Assembly (NCBI GenBank): GCA_015064005.1
Contig: SVTA01000003.1
Coordinates: 1 to 47,360, forward strand
Direction: 5' to 3'
Source of the DNA: Oscillospiraceae bacterium
GTDB lineage: Bacteria; Bacillota; Clostridia; Oscillospirales; CAG-272
Length of the DNA: 47,360 nucleotides
Shown here: piece by piece, positions 38,556-47,360 of the stretch
Numbering within the stretch: the stretch's first letter is position 1
Layout: every line of letters begins with the position of its first letter
Notes under the pieces: model-generated
Seen by the model: the letters and a program-made list of their open reading frames with translations, nothing else
Databases searched by the model: none
Told to the model about the DNA's origin: nothing
Translations under genes and position numbers: made by a program

Positions 38556-39467
38556 TTAAGTCTGCTTGGGAATGTGTATCAGAATGTAGGCGCCGGTTTC
38601 ATCTTCGTGGCGCTGACAATTGACTGCAGCTCCCGTTTTGCGGAAAATAGCAAGCGATCGCTCGATGGAGTTGTAAAGCGGGCGAAGATCTCGCAGAGCG
38701 AACTTGGCGGGATGGATGGGGCGCAACCTGTCGGCGCTGGCGAGATTGAATTGACCCTCGGGCTCTTCTGGGACGGAAAATGAGAGTTGCGGTGGCAGGG
38801 CCGGGAATTGCGGCAGGGGAGGGGTGCTTGCCGCCTTGGCGTCGGAGGATAGGTGTGCTTCTATGATCCGGTCGCTCTCTGCGACGTTTGCCTTCCTTTC
38901 TATAATAAGGGCGAGTACAGCACCTCGCTCTGTCGGCGGAACTCGGAGCAGTGAACGGGCGTGCCGTTCGGTGAGAGCTGATTGCTGTATACAGCGTTGG
39001 TGCTCCTCGGCCAGCTGGAGCAATCTGAGCTTGTTGGCCACTGCCGATTGTGAGAGCTGCATGTAGCGGGCGATCTCCTCTTGGGTCATGCGGTATTCGG
39101 TCATAAGACGCTGAAAAGCGCGTGCTTGCTCGAAAAAATGCAGCTTTTGTTCTTTTAAGTCGGATACGAGTGCCATTTTGGCACATTGCGGATCGGCGGG
39201 TGATAAGACACGACAGGGGATGTGAGAAAGCCTTGCCAGCAGAGCAGCTTGATATCGGCGATGACCGTCGATGATCTCGTAGAAGGGGACGCCTTGCACA
39301 TCGGCTGCCGGACGGACAGCGATGGGCTCCAGAATGCCGTATTTTTTAATGGAGCTTGCAAGGCGGATGATCAGGTTTTCTTTGGGTTGCGGGGTATACA
39401 TGGGATGTGGGCGCAGATCCTCGGGGCGCAGGCTTAGTGTTGCGGCGGCAGGGAAGGGAACGGACAT
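38556..39467 (-). CDS. noc: ParB-family Noc-like protein, divergent
   Basis: LASSIKKYGILEPI, LHFFEQA, SQSAVANKLRLL, LTERHARSLL, RDLRPLYNSI; canonical position between rsmG and parA. Confidence 0.75.
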   Translation of the reverse strand: MSVPFPAAATLSLRPEDLRPHPMYTPQPKENLIIRLASSIKKYGILEPIAVRPAADVQGVPFYEIIDGHRRYQAALLARLSHIPCRVLSPADPQCAKMALVSDLKEQKLHFFEQARAFQRLMTEYRMTQEEIARYMQLSQSAVANKLRLLQLAEEHQRCIQQSALTERHARSLLRVPPTERGAVLALIIERKANVAESDRIIEAHLSSDAKAASTPPLPQFPALPPQLSFSVPEEPEGQFNLASADRLRPIHPAKFALRDLRPLYNSIERSLAIFRKTGAAVNCQRHEDETGAYILIHIPKQT

Positions 39468-39556
39468 GAAAGATTCAGCTCCTTTGCTTTTTTATTTGAT
39501 TATAGCACGAAGGAAAAGCGAAAGCTGTCAAAAATCCGTGGGGAAAGAAAAAACGC

Positions 39557-39600
39557 ATATAAAAAAGAGGAGAAGGCGCGACTTCTCCTCTTTTTTATAT
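39557..39600 (-). terminator. Terminator after rsmG
   Basis: ATATAAAAAAGAGGAGAAG-GCGCGA-CTTCTCCTCTTTTTTATAT. Confidence 0.85.
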
Positions 39601-39613
39601 TGACAATATGTAG

Positions 39614-40345
39614 TTATAGCGGCTTTTTGCTGATTTTGCCAAACGGGCGGGGAAACTCCGGGGGCGTGGCTCTCGCTTTTTTGATTTCGATCAGCATGCG
39701 GGTGTCCTCTTCGCCTTTGTCGCGCAGCGTGACGTGATGGACGGCGACAACCTCGCCGCCAAGCTTTTGAATACCCTTTTCGGCGGCTTGCAGCTCTTCC
39801 TCGCCGCGGGCGGCCTTCATGGCGATGAAGGCGCCACCCACCCGAACGAAGGGCAGACAAAGCTCGGAAAGAACGGGAAGGGAAGCGACCGCACGGGCGG
39901 TGCAGCAATCGAAATGCTCCCGGCAGCCCGGTGTGCGTGCCAACTCCTCGGCTCGTGCGGCGATGGCGGAAAAACGTTCTCTTTGCAGCAACGTAGCGGT
40001 TTCTATCACGTATCGGATGCGCTTTTCGGTGCTGTCAAGTGCTGTGATGGCAAGATCAGGGCGACAGATGGCCAGCGGCAGGCAGGGAAATCCTGCACCG
40101 CAGCCCACGTCGATAACAGAGGCGTTTTGCGGCAAAAAAGCGGCCACAGTGAGGGAATCTGCGTAGTGGCGCAGGATCACGGCGCGTTCCTCCTTGATGG
40201 CGGTGAGATTCATGGATCGGTTCACCTGCAGCATGCGCTCCGTGAGCTGGTAGAACATCCTTGACTCCGCTTCTCCTGCAAAGTGCAGCAGCCCATTATC
40301 TGCCATAACGGTGCTGAAAATGTCGGAAAACTCCTCGTAATTCAT
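39614..40345 (-). CDS. rsmG: 16S rRNA m7G527 methyltransferase
   Basis: MNLTAI, HYADS, DVGCGAGFP, RAEE, TARAVA; start MNYEE after AAAGGAG. Confidence 0.96.
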   Translation of the reverse strand: MNYEEFSDIFSTVMADNGLLHFAGEAESRMFYQLTERMLQVNRSMNLTAIKEERAVILRHYADSLTVAAFLPQNASVIDVGCGAGFPCLPLAICRPDLAITALDSTEKRIRYVIETATLLQRERFSAIAARAEELARTPGCREHFDCCTARAVASLPVLSELCLPFVRVGGAFIAMKAARGEEELQAAEKGIQKLGGEVVAVHHVTLRDKGEEDTRMLIEIKKARATPPEFPRPFGKISKKPL

Positions 40346-40386
40346 GTTTAAAAAACTCCTTTGAAAATAGGTGGAGGACTTCATAA

Positions 40387-42252
40387 TCAGTGCAGACCGA
40401 GATAGATCAGCAGCACGGAAACGTCTGCTGGGCTCACGCCGCTGATGCGGGAGGCCTGCCCCACGGTCTGAGGGCGCATGGCGCTCAGCTTTTGCGCCGC
40501 TTCCAGGCGAAGGCCGGTGATTTTTTTGTAATCGATGGCGTCCGGCAGCATCCTTGACTCCAATTTCTCGTGACGCGAAACCTCTGCAATCTGGCGGTTT
40601 ATATACCCCTCATACTTGATTTGAACTTCAACAGATAGTTGCTCGGCGCGTGAGAGCGAGGGGCGCTCGGGATCCAAGGGACGCAACATCTCATAATCAA
40701 GACCGGGACGCCGCAGAAGATCTGCCAGCGAGGCGCCGGTCTGCAGGAGGGGCATTTCTTTTTCCCGTAGCAGGGGATTGACGGCGGCGGGGGAGAGGTG
40801 TGTGGTGGAGAGCCGTTGTATCTCCGCGGAGATCCGTGCTTGCTTTTCGAGAAAGCGGCCGTAACGGGCGTCGTCCACAAGACCTACCCGATGTCCGTGA
40901 GGGGTCAGACGCTGGTCTGCGTTGTCTTGGCGCAGCAAAAGGCGGTACTCGGAGCGGGAGGTCATCATACGGTAGGGCTCATTGGTGCCCTTGATGATCA
41001 GATCATCCACCAGCGTGCCGAGGTAGGAGCTTTGGCGGGAGAGAATGAGGGGCGGCTCGCCCTTGATCTTGAGCGCGGCGTTGATGCCTGCCAAAAGTCC
41101 CTGTGCGGCTGCCTCCTCATAGCCGGAGGTGCCGTTGAACTGCCCGGCACCGTAGAGGCCGGGAATATCCTTGAACTCCAACGTAGCCTTCAGCTGCGTT
41201 GGATCGCAGCAATCGTATTCAATGGCGTAGGCGTAGCGCATCATTTCCGCGTTGGCGAAGCCCGGTAACGTGTGAAGCATTTCCTCCTGCACGTCGGGCG
41301 GCAAGGAGGTGGAAAAGCCCTGCAGGTATAGCTCGTCCGTGTCGCGCCCCATGGGCTCCAGGAAAAGCTGGTGGCGCTCTTTATCCGCAAAACGAACGAT
41401 CTTGTCTTCAATAGAGGGGCAGTAGCGGGGGCCGGTGCCGTGAATGTGGCCGCCGTACATGGCAGAACGGGAAAGGTTTTCTCTGATGATACGGTGGGTT
41501 TCCGCGTTGGTGTATACAATGTGGCAGGGAAGCTGCTCGATACCCTCCAAATAATTTTCCGGAGTGGAATCGGCGTAGGGCAGGGCGTTTTCCTCGCCCG
41601 GCTGCTCCTCCAGCGGAGCGTGATCAACCGAGCGGCGGTTGATACGGGCGGGGGTGCCTGTTTTGAAGCGGCAAAGCGATACGCCGATGCTCGCAAGAGA
41701 AGCGGAAAGCCCGCGGGAGGGAAGAAAGCCGTCCGGGCCGCTTTCGTAATTGACGCTGCCGACAAAGATGCGGCTATCAAGATAGGTGCCCGCGGCGACA
41801 ATGATGGCCTCACAGCTCCAAAACTCACCAAGATGGGTGGTGAGCCCCGCGATTTTTCCTTCATCGTCCTTGGAAATCGCCACCACCTCTGATTGAATCA
41901 AGCGCAGGTGCGGTGTTCTTTCCAGCACGGATTTCATATAGCGATGATATTGCTTGCGGTCTGCCTGCACGCGCTTGGAATGCACAGCGGCGCCCTTGCC
42001 GAGATTGAGCGTGCGGGATTGGAGGGTAGCGGCGTCCGCTGCCCGTCCCATTTCGCCGCCGAGGGCGTCGATCTCGTATACCAGATGGCCCTTGGCGGTG
42101 CCGCCGATGGAGGGGTTGCAGGGCATATTGGCGATGGCCTCGAGAGATAGGGTGAACAGCACGGTGTCCACACCCATCCGGGCGGCGGCAAGGGCCGCCT
42201 CTATCCCGGCGTGACCGGCGCCGATAACGGCAACCTTGGTGGAATGTTTCAT
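40387..42252 (-). CDS. mnmG: tRNA uridine-5-carboxymethylaminomethyl(34) synthesis enzyme MnmG/GidA
   Basis: GAGHAG, CNPSIGG, FKTGTP, GPRYCPSIEDK, NGTSGYEEAAAQG, SRISGVSPAD. Confidence 0.98.
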   Translation of the reverse strand: MKHSTKVAVIGAGHAGIEAALAAARMGVDTVLFTLSLEAIANMPCNPSIGGTAKGHLVYEIDALGGEMGRAADAATLQSRTLNLGKGAAVHSKRVQADRKQYHRYMKSVLERTPHLRLIQSEVVAISKDDEGKIAGLTTHLGEFWSCEAIIVAAGTYLDSRIFVGSVNYESGPDGFLPSRGLSASLASIGVSLCRFKTGTPARINRRSVDHAPLEEQPGEENALPYADSTPENYLEGIEQLPCHIVYTNAETHRIIRENLSRSAMYGGHIHGTGPRYCPSIEDKIVRFADKERHQLFLEPMGRDTDELYLQGFSTSLPPDVQEEMLHTLPGFANAEMMRYAYAIEYDCCDPTQLKATLEFKDIPGLYGAGQFNGTSGYEEAAAQGLLAGINAALKIKGEPPLILSRQSSYLGTLVDDLIIKGTNEPYRMMTSRSEYRLLLRQDNADQRLTPHGHRVGLVDDARYGRFLEKQARISAEIQRLSTTHLSPAAVNPLLREKEMPLLQTGASLADLLRRPGLDYEMLRPLDPERPSLSRAEQLSVEVQIKYEGYINRQIAEVSRHEKLESRMLPDAIDYKKITGLRLEAAQKLSAMRPQTVGQASRISGVSPADVSVLLIYLGLH

Positions 42253-42317
42253 GATGGCTCCTTGTTAAAAAAACGCAATATGTGCCAAAACGGTAGCTTG
42301 TTTTTGTGATTTGAGTA

Positions 42318-42878
42318 TCAGCGGGTGACCTGCTGCACGACGGTGGCGCTGGCGTTGTAATATTTGAAAATGTGCAGGGCCTTTTGGGTTGCCTCCAGAT
42401 ACAGAATGGCGCGGCGCTTGTCCTTATTCCGTTCAGCATCCAGCTCGAAGAGAATGAAGTAAATATCCGGCGCCCGAAGGGAGGAAATGGCGGAAAATTC
42501 CCGTTCCGGCTTATAGTGCTGTGCCCGATCCGCCTCCATGCTGTTATCCAGCGGCGCGATGCGCACGGCATCCCGCAGCGGGAGCTCCAGCACGCGCTTG
42601 CGGGAGCGGCCGCCGTAGATCTTCGTGAAGGTCAGCACGCCGGAGGTGATAGAATATTCATATTCAACGCTGACGTAGCGCCAGGTGATAAAGATCAGGA
42701 TCCAAAGTGTGATGGGGATTAGCGCCAGCAGCGGCACCACGATGCGGGCCTGCAGGCCGACAAGGAGAAGCGTCAGCACGTACAGCACGTAAAGCGCGAT
42801 CAGTCCGATGCGACCGAGTAGCCATTTGCCCTCGGACTTCTGCTTGACCACAAATTCATAGGTGGAGAATTCGTTCAT
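42318..42878 (-). CDS. Hypothetical membrane protein (DUF6106-like: 2 TM plus VEYEY motif)
   Basis: Two TM helices, then VEYEYSIT..KIYGGRSRKR. Confidence 0.7.
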   Translation of the reverse strand: MNEFSTYEFVVKQKSEGKWLLGRIGLIALYVLYVLTLLLVGLQARIVVPLLALIPITLWILIFITWRYVSVEYEYSITSGVLTFTKIYGGRSRKRVLELPLRDAVRIAPLDNSMEADRAQHYKPEREFSAISSLRAPDIYFILFELDAERNKDKRRAILYLEATQKALHIFKYYNASATVVQQVTR

Positions 42879-42907
42879 ATGGAACCTCGCTTCGTGAATT
42901 TTTCTAT

Positions 42908-43004
42908 ATTATAGCATAAAAACGGGGGAATTGCAATCAGTAACGAAAATAATCAAAATTTAGCCCTGCGGCCTCTTGCTATTTTTGCGCGTTTCTGTTA
43001 TAAT
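42908..43004. promoter_or_regulatory. Divergent sigmaA promoter pair
   Basis: Minus strand: TTGCAA(42936)-17-TATAAT. Plus strand: TTGCTA(42976)-17-TATAAT. Both have extended TG. Confidence 0.65.
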
Positions 43005-43049
43005 ATTGACATCACGAAAAAGTCGCGAGAAGCGCGAAAGGAGTCGTTT

Positions 43050-43319
43050 ATGAAAGCTGTTATTACCGTTACGGGCAAGGATGCCGTGGGCATCATTGCC
43101 GGCGTGAGCGCACTTTGTGCCGAGCACGGCGCCAATATTATCGAGATCACCCAGAGCGTGCTTTCCGAGTATTTTGCCATGATCATGCTGGCGGAGATCG
43201 ACAAGCTGGATCTGCCCTTTGCGGAGTTTGCTGACAAGCTTTCGGAAATGGGACGCGCTCGCGGTCTGGATGCCCGCGCCATGCACGAGGATATTTTCAA
43301 CACCATGCACCGGGTGTAA
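43050..43319 (+). CDS. ACT domain protein (UPF0237)
   Basis: MKAVITVTGKD.VGIIA..., HEDIFNTMHRV. Confidence 0.92.
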   Translation: MKAVITVTGKDAVGIIAGVSALCAEHGANIIEITQSVLSEYFAMIMLAEIDKLDLPFAEFADKLSEMGRARGLDARAMHEDIFNTMHRV

Positions 43320-43331
43320 GAGGGTGAAGCC

Positions 43332-44690
43332 ATGCTGAACGTAGCCGATATTTTAGAAACCATCGGGATGATCCGGGAGGAAAATCTCGATATCCGTACC
43401 ATTACCATGGGCATTTCGCTGCTGGATTGTGTCAGCGACGATGCCGGTCGCCTTTGCGATAAGGTGTATGACAAGATCACCCGCAAGGCGGAGCATCTGG
43501 TGGAGACCGGCATTGCCATTGAGCGGGAATACGGTATTCCCATCGTGAATAAGCGCGTTTCCGTCACCCCTGTTTCCCTCATTGGCGGCGCCATTTCCCC
43601 GGAGGGGTATCTGAAGCTGGCCCACACGCTGCAGCGGGCGGCCTCCACGCTGGGCATCAACTTTATCGGCGGCTATTCCGCGCTGGTTCACAAGGGCATG
43701 ACCCCCGGCGAGCGGAATCTCATTTCCGTGATCCCCGAAGCGCTGGCCGAAACGCAGAACGTCTGCTCCTCCGTGAACGTAGCCACCACCAAGGCGGGCA
43801 TCAATATGGATGCCATCCGGCTGATGGGTAGCACCATCAAGCGGGCGGCGTATCTGACCAGAGATAACGATTCCATCGGCTGTGCCAAGCTGGTGGTGTT
43901 TGCCAACGTGCCGGAGGATAATCCCTTTATGGCGGGCGCCTTCCACGGTGTGGGCGAGCCTGATACCGTCATTAACGTAGGCGTTTCCGGCCCCGGCGTG
44001 GTATCTGCCGCCATCCGCAGAGCGGGTGACGTGGATCTTTCCGGTCTTGCGGACGTGATCAAAAAGACTGCCTTCAAGATCACCCGCGTCGGTCAGCTGG
44101 TGGCAAGCGAGGCGGCAAGACGCCTTGACGTGCCCTTCGGTATTATTGACCTTTCCCTTGCGCCCACGCCTGCCATTGGCGATTCCGTGGCGCGGATTCT
44201 GGAGGAGATGGGGCTGGAGTGCTGCGGCGCTCACGGCACCACTGCCGCGCTGGCCATGCTGAATGATGCCGTCAAAAAGGGCGGTGTGATGGCCTCCTCT
44301 CACGTGGGCGGCCTTTCCGGCGCGTTTATTCCCGTTTCCGAGGACGAGGGCATGATCGCCGCCGTGGAGCGTGGCGCGCTCTCCCTTGAAAAGCTGGAGG
44401 CAATGACCGCCGTTTGCTCCGTGGGACTTGATATGATCGCCATTCCCGGCGACGTTTCCGAGGAGATCATTTGCGGTATCATCGCGGACGAAATTTCCAT
44501 CGGTGTGGCCAACACCAAGACCACGGCAGTGCGCGTGATTCCCGCCTACGGTAAGAAGGAGGGGGATGCGGTCAGCTTCGGCGGTCTGCTGGGCACCGCT
44601 CCCGTAATGAGCGTGCGGCCTTATTCTCCCGCGAAATTCATTTCCCGCGGCGGCCGTGTTCCTGCACCCATTCATAGCCTGAAAAATTAA
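43332..44690 (+). CDS. PFL-family / DUF711 (UPF0210) protein
   Basis: [54 protein letters not shown]. Confidence 0.93.
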   Translation: MLNVADILETIGMIREENLDIRTITMGISLLDCVSDDAGRLCDKVYDKITRKAEHLVETGIAIEREYGIPIVNKRVSVTPVSLIGGAISPEGYLKLAHTLQRAASTLGINFIGGYSALVHKGMTPGERNLISVIPEALAETQNVCSSVNVATTKAGINMDAIRLMGSTIKRAAYLTRDNDSIGCAKLVVFANVPEDNPFMAGAFHGVGEPDTVINVGVSGPGVVSAAIRRAGDVDLSGLADVIKKTAFKITRVGQLVASEAARRLDVPFGIIDLSLAPTPAIGDSVARILEEMGLECCGAHGTTAALAMLNDAVKKGGVMASSHVGGLSGAFIPVSEDEGMIAAVERGALSLEKLEAMTAVCSVGLDMIAIPGDVSEEIICGIIADEISIGVANTKTTAVRVIPAYGKKEGDAVSFGGLLGTAPVMSVRPYSPAKFISRGGRVPAPIHSLKN

Positions 44691-44720
44691 AAAACACCCC
44701 CAAACGGGGTTCGAAAACAG

Positions 44721-44761
44721 AAAAATGCCCCGCGTGAGATTTTCTCACGCGGGGCATTTTT
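44721..44761. terminator. Bidirectional terminator
   Basis: AAAAATGCCCCGCGTGAGA-TTT-TCTCACGCGGGGCATTTTT. Confidence 0.88.
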
Positions 44762-44764
44762 GCT

Positions 44765-45643
44765 TCAAGGCTCTACACCGAGGGAAAGGAGAAAATCTCT
44801 GCCCTTGGCGATGCCGACATAGGGGCTGCCGGCGCCCTCAAACTCGATGGAAACGTAGCCGTTGTAGCCGGCGCGATGCAAAATGGCAAGGCATTGCGCC
44901 ACGGGAATGTGTCCCTCGCCAATCGCGCAGCCCTCCAGCCGATTGCAGGCGCGGGTTTCAAAGCCGCCTGTGAAATGCTCTGCAAATGTGTGCTTGATAA
45001 AGTCCTTGGCGTGTACGTGGAAGGCGTAGGGCGCCACGCGGGAAACGGCGGTGACGCTATCCTCGTCTACGCAGGCGAAATTGCCGATGTCGACCAGCAA
45101 ACCGTAATGATCATGGCAAACGGTGTTAAAAAGCCGTTCTACGCGGTCGCTGTCCTGTGCGATGTAGCCGTGGTTTTCAGAGCAGGTTCGGATGCCCAGC
45201 GAGGCGGCGTAGTCGGCAACACGCCGGATATTTTCAGCGATGGTGGGCAGCATCAGATCAAAGCTGCGGCCGCAGCCCGTGCCGCCGGTGATCCGATAGC
45301 AAACGTCGTGTCGCATGAGGGGGGCGCCCATCAGCGCGGCCACGTCCAGCTGACCGCAAAGGCGGCTGACCTCTGCCTCGGCATCTGCGCCGGTGCAAAA
45401 GAGATTGGCACCGATGGTATAGGCGTTGATGGTCATGCCCAGTCGGTCGGCCTCCTCCCGCAGGCGGCGAGCCATGTCCTTTTGCGCCTCCAGCGTGGGT
45501 GTTTCGCCGAAAACAGGGGAAAGGTCGATGAATTCAATGGCAGAGAAGCCAAGCTCCTTTGCCTTGGCAACGGTGTCGAATTGCGTGATCTCGCCCGCGC
45601 GAATGGCGGATTGGAAGGAATAAGAGCTGACGGAAAGCTTCAT
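44765..45643 (-). CDS. Sugar phosphate isomerase/epimerase (xylose-isomerase-like TIM barrel)
   Basis: MKLSVSSYSF, ENHG, DIGNF, HVHAKD, SIEFEG metal-binding motifs. Confidence 0.88.
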   Translation of the reverse strand: MKLSVSSYSFQSAIRAGEITQFDTVAKAKELGFSAIEFIDLSPVFGETPTLEAQKDMARRLREEADRLGMTINAYTIGANLFCTGADAEAEVSRLCGQLDVAALMGAPLMRHDVCYRITGGTGCGRSFDLMLPTIAENIRRVADYAASLGIRTCSENHGYIAQDSDRVERLFNTVCHDHYGLLVDIGNFACVDEDSVTAVSRVAPYAFHVHAKDFIKHTFAEHFTGGFETRACNRLEGCAIGEGHIPVAQCLAILHRAGYNGYVSIEFEGAGSPYVGIAKGRDFLLSLGVEP

Positions 45644-45762
45644 GACAAATCTCCTTTGGCGGTGTGTCCTTTTTGCTTTCATTGTATCGAAAGCGCGCGG
45701 GCAAGTCAAGTGGGGATTTTGCTTTCTTTTGACACAATATTGCTATTTGGAGGCGGTGGCGA

Positions 45763-46086
45763 TTTTCCGCACTCGCAGGAATGCACCGTCGCCGCAGCGC
45801 TTGTCATAAAATCTTGCCATCGGGCGTGCGCTCTCCTTTGGGAAACGGATAGAAAAATGGGCGATGTGGGAAGAAATTGTCAGGAAAACGCCCAAAACGG
45901 GCGCTGCGTGGGAGAAATACGCCCTCAAACGCGGCATTTTTCCAAAAACGGAAAGCCCGTCCACTGTCAAAATGGCGACTGCGGAAAAGTGGCCAGGCTG
46001 TGGAAAACTCTGTGGAAATTGTGTAAAACTATGATTTGACGCGCCTTTGTGCGCCCACAGCCCCGTGTGGGAAACCTTGGGGAAAC
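45763..46086. promoter_or_regulatory. Orphan DnaA-box cluster
   Basis: TGCGGAAAA 45980, TGTGGAAAA 45999, TGTGGAAAT 46011, TGTGTAAAA 46020, TGTGGGAAA 46066, TTTTCCGCA 45763, in a long non-coding gap. Confidence 0.7.
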
Positions 46087-46199
46087 CGTTTTCTTGCAAA
46101 AAAGCGGGTGATGAAAAATCTGCTCAAAATTCCAAAGTGCGAAAGGAGGGGCTGAAATGTAATTTTGTTCCTTTTTTTCTCAAATACGTGCGGTGAGTC

Positions 46200-46228
46200 T
46201 TGACAGAAGCGCTTTTTCGTTATATAAT
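46200..46228 (+). promoter_or_regulatory. Consensus sigmaA promoter of transketolase
   Basis: TTGACA-17bp-TATAAT; AAGCGCTT palindrome in the spacer. Confidence 0.8.
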
Positions 46229-46275
46229 AAAAGGGTAGTATTTTTGCGCCCTACGGGGCGGTCAGGAGGACAAAC

Positions 46276-47100
46276 ATGGAACTGGCAAAAAAACAAAAGC
46301 TTGCCAAGCTTGCAAATCAGGTGCGTCTTGACATTGTTGAAGAGGTGCACGCCGCAAAGTCCGGTCACCCGGGCGGATCGCTTTCGATCGCAGACATTAT
46401 TACTTACCTCTACTATGAGGAGCTGAACGTGAATCCCGAGAATCCCGCGGATCCCGACAGAGACAGATTCGTGCTTTCCAAGGGTCACACCGCCCCCGCA
46501 CTTTACGCTGTGCTTGCAGAGAAGGGCTTCTTCCCTCGCGAGGAGCTTGTTTCCCTGCGTAAGATCAGCTCCTTCCTGCAGGGTCACCCGGATATGAAGC
46601 ATACCCCCGGCGTGGATATGACCACCGGCTCTCTCGGCCTTGGCATCTCCGCTGCCTGCGGCATGGCTCTCGCTGCCAAGATCGACGGCAAGAGCTACCG
46701 TACCTACGCCATCGTAGGCGACGGCGAGAGCGAGGAAGGGCAGGTTTGGGAGGCTTGCATGTTCGCTGCCCACTATAAGCTGGATAATTTCTGCATGATC
46801 CTCGACCTGAACGGCCTGCAGATCGACGGCCCCATCACCGAGGTCATGAATCCCACGCCTCACGATGAGAAGCTGGCCGCCTTCGGTTTCCACGTGATCG
46901 TTGCCGACGGTCACGATTTCGATGCTATTGAGGCCGCATTTGCCGAGGCAAAGACCGTGAAGGGTAAGCCCACTGCCATCATCTTCAACACCGTAAAGGG
47001 CAAGGGCGTTTCGTTTATGGAGAATCAGGTGGGCTGGCACGGCTCCGCGCCCAACGATGAGCAGTACGCACAGGCAGTAGCCGAGCTTTCCAAGAATTAA
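46276..47100 (+). CDS. Transketolase N-terminal subunit
   Basis: SGHPGGSLS, DRFVLSKGH, LQGHP, TGSLG, GDGESEEG TPP motif. Confidence 0.95.
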   Translation: MELAKKQKLAKLANQVRLDIVEEVHAAKSGHPGGSLSIADIITYLYYEELNVNPENPADPDRDRFVLSKGHTAPALYAVLAEKGFFPREELVSLRKISSFLQGHPDMKHTPGVDMTTGSLGLGISAACGMALAAKIDGKSYRTYAIVGDGESEEGQVWEACMFAAHYKLDNFCMILDLNGLQIDGPITEVMNPTPHDEKLAAFGFHVIVADGHDFDAIEAAFAEAKTVKGKPTAIIFNTVKGKGVSFMENQVGWHGSAPNDEQYAQAVAELSKN

Positions 47101-47114
47101 GGGGGATTTTGACA

Positions 47115-47360
47115 ATGGCTGAAAAGATTGCAACCAGAGAAGCTTACGGCAACGCACTTGCCGAGCTTGGAGAAAAATACGATTTTGTGGTGTTGGATGC
47201 CGACCTTGCGGCGGCTACCAAAACCGGCACGTTCAAGAAGAAATACCCCGCTCGCCATTTTGATTGCGGTATTGCCGAGGGCAATATGATGGCCGTAGCG
47301 GCAGGTCTTGCCGCCGCAGGCAAGATTCCCTTTGCCTCCACCTTCGCGATGTTTGCCGCA
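47115..47360 (+). CDS. Transketolase C-terminal subunit (3' truncated by window edge; not in ORF track)
   Basis: MAEKIATREAYG...LDADLAAAT...CGIAEGNMMAVAAGLA...STFAMFA. Confidence 0.92.
   Translation, partial: MAEKIATREAYGNALAELGEKYDFVVLDADLAAATKTGTFKKKYPARHFDCGIAEGNMMAVAAGLAAAGKIPFASTFAMFAA

Noticed and set aside
45743-46099. 118-aa ORF across the DnaA-box cluster (FTQFPQSFPQ)
   Set aside because: Its composition simply reflects translated DnaA boxes; no SD or domain

Overview
This is the chromosomal replication-origin region of a moderately GC-rich, Clostridia-like Firmicute; the taxon is inferred from gene content and sigmaA promoters. Left arm: rhamnose catabolism (rhaB partial, rhaA, rhaD), GH39, GH28 and GH3 glycosidases, radC, a PTS-IIC-like protein, two MATE pumps, an AEC transporter and copA. 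Centre: dnaA-oriC-dnaN-recF-remB-gyrB-gyrA. Right arm: a membrane-anchored unknown, nifJ (PFOR), an unclassified GH-like protein, an acyl-CoA synthetase, and a minus-strand block mnmG-rsmG-noc-like-parS x4-parA-parB-serS. It ends with an ACT/DUF711 pair, a sugar isomerase and a split transketolase. No tRNA, rRNA, CRISPR array or intact mobile element was recognised. Most notable: (1) the origin region is rearranged, with no obvious DnaA-box cluster upstream of dnaA but an orphan one about 27 kb away; (2) a phased array of four parS sites lies next to a Noc-like protein with degenerate CTP motifs; (3) two homologous, covarying palindromes flank the orphan GH-like gene; (4) a uORF plus terminator forms a candidate attenuator in front of the AEC transporter; (5) gyrase carries substitutions at both quinolone and aminocoumarin contact residues. 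All calls were made by eye, without database searches.
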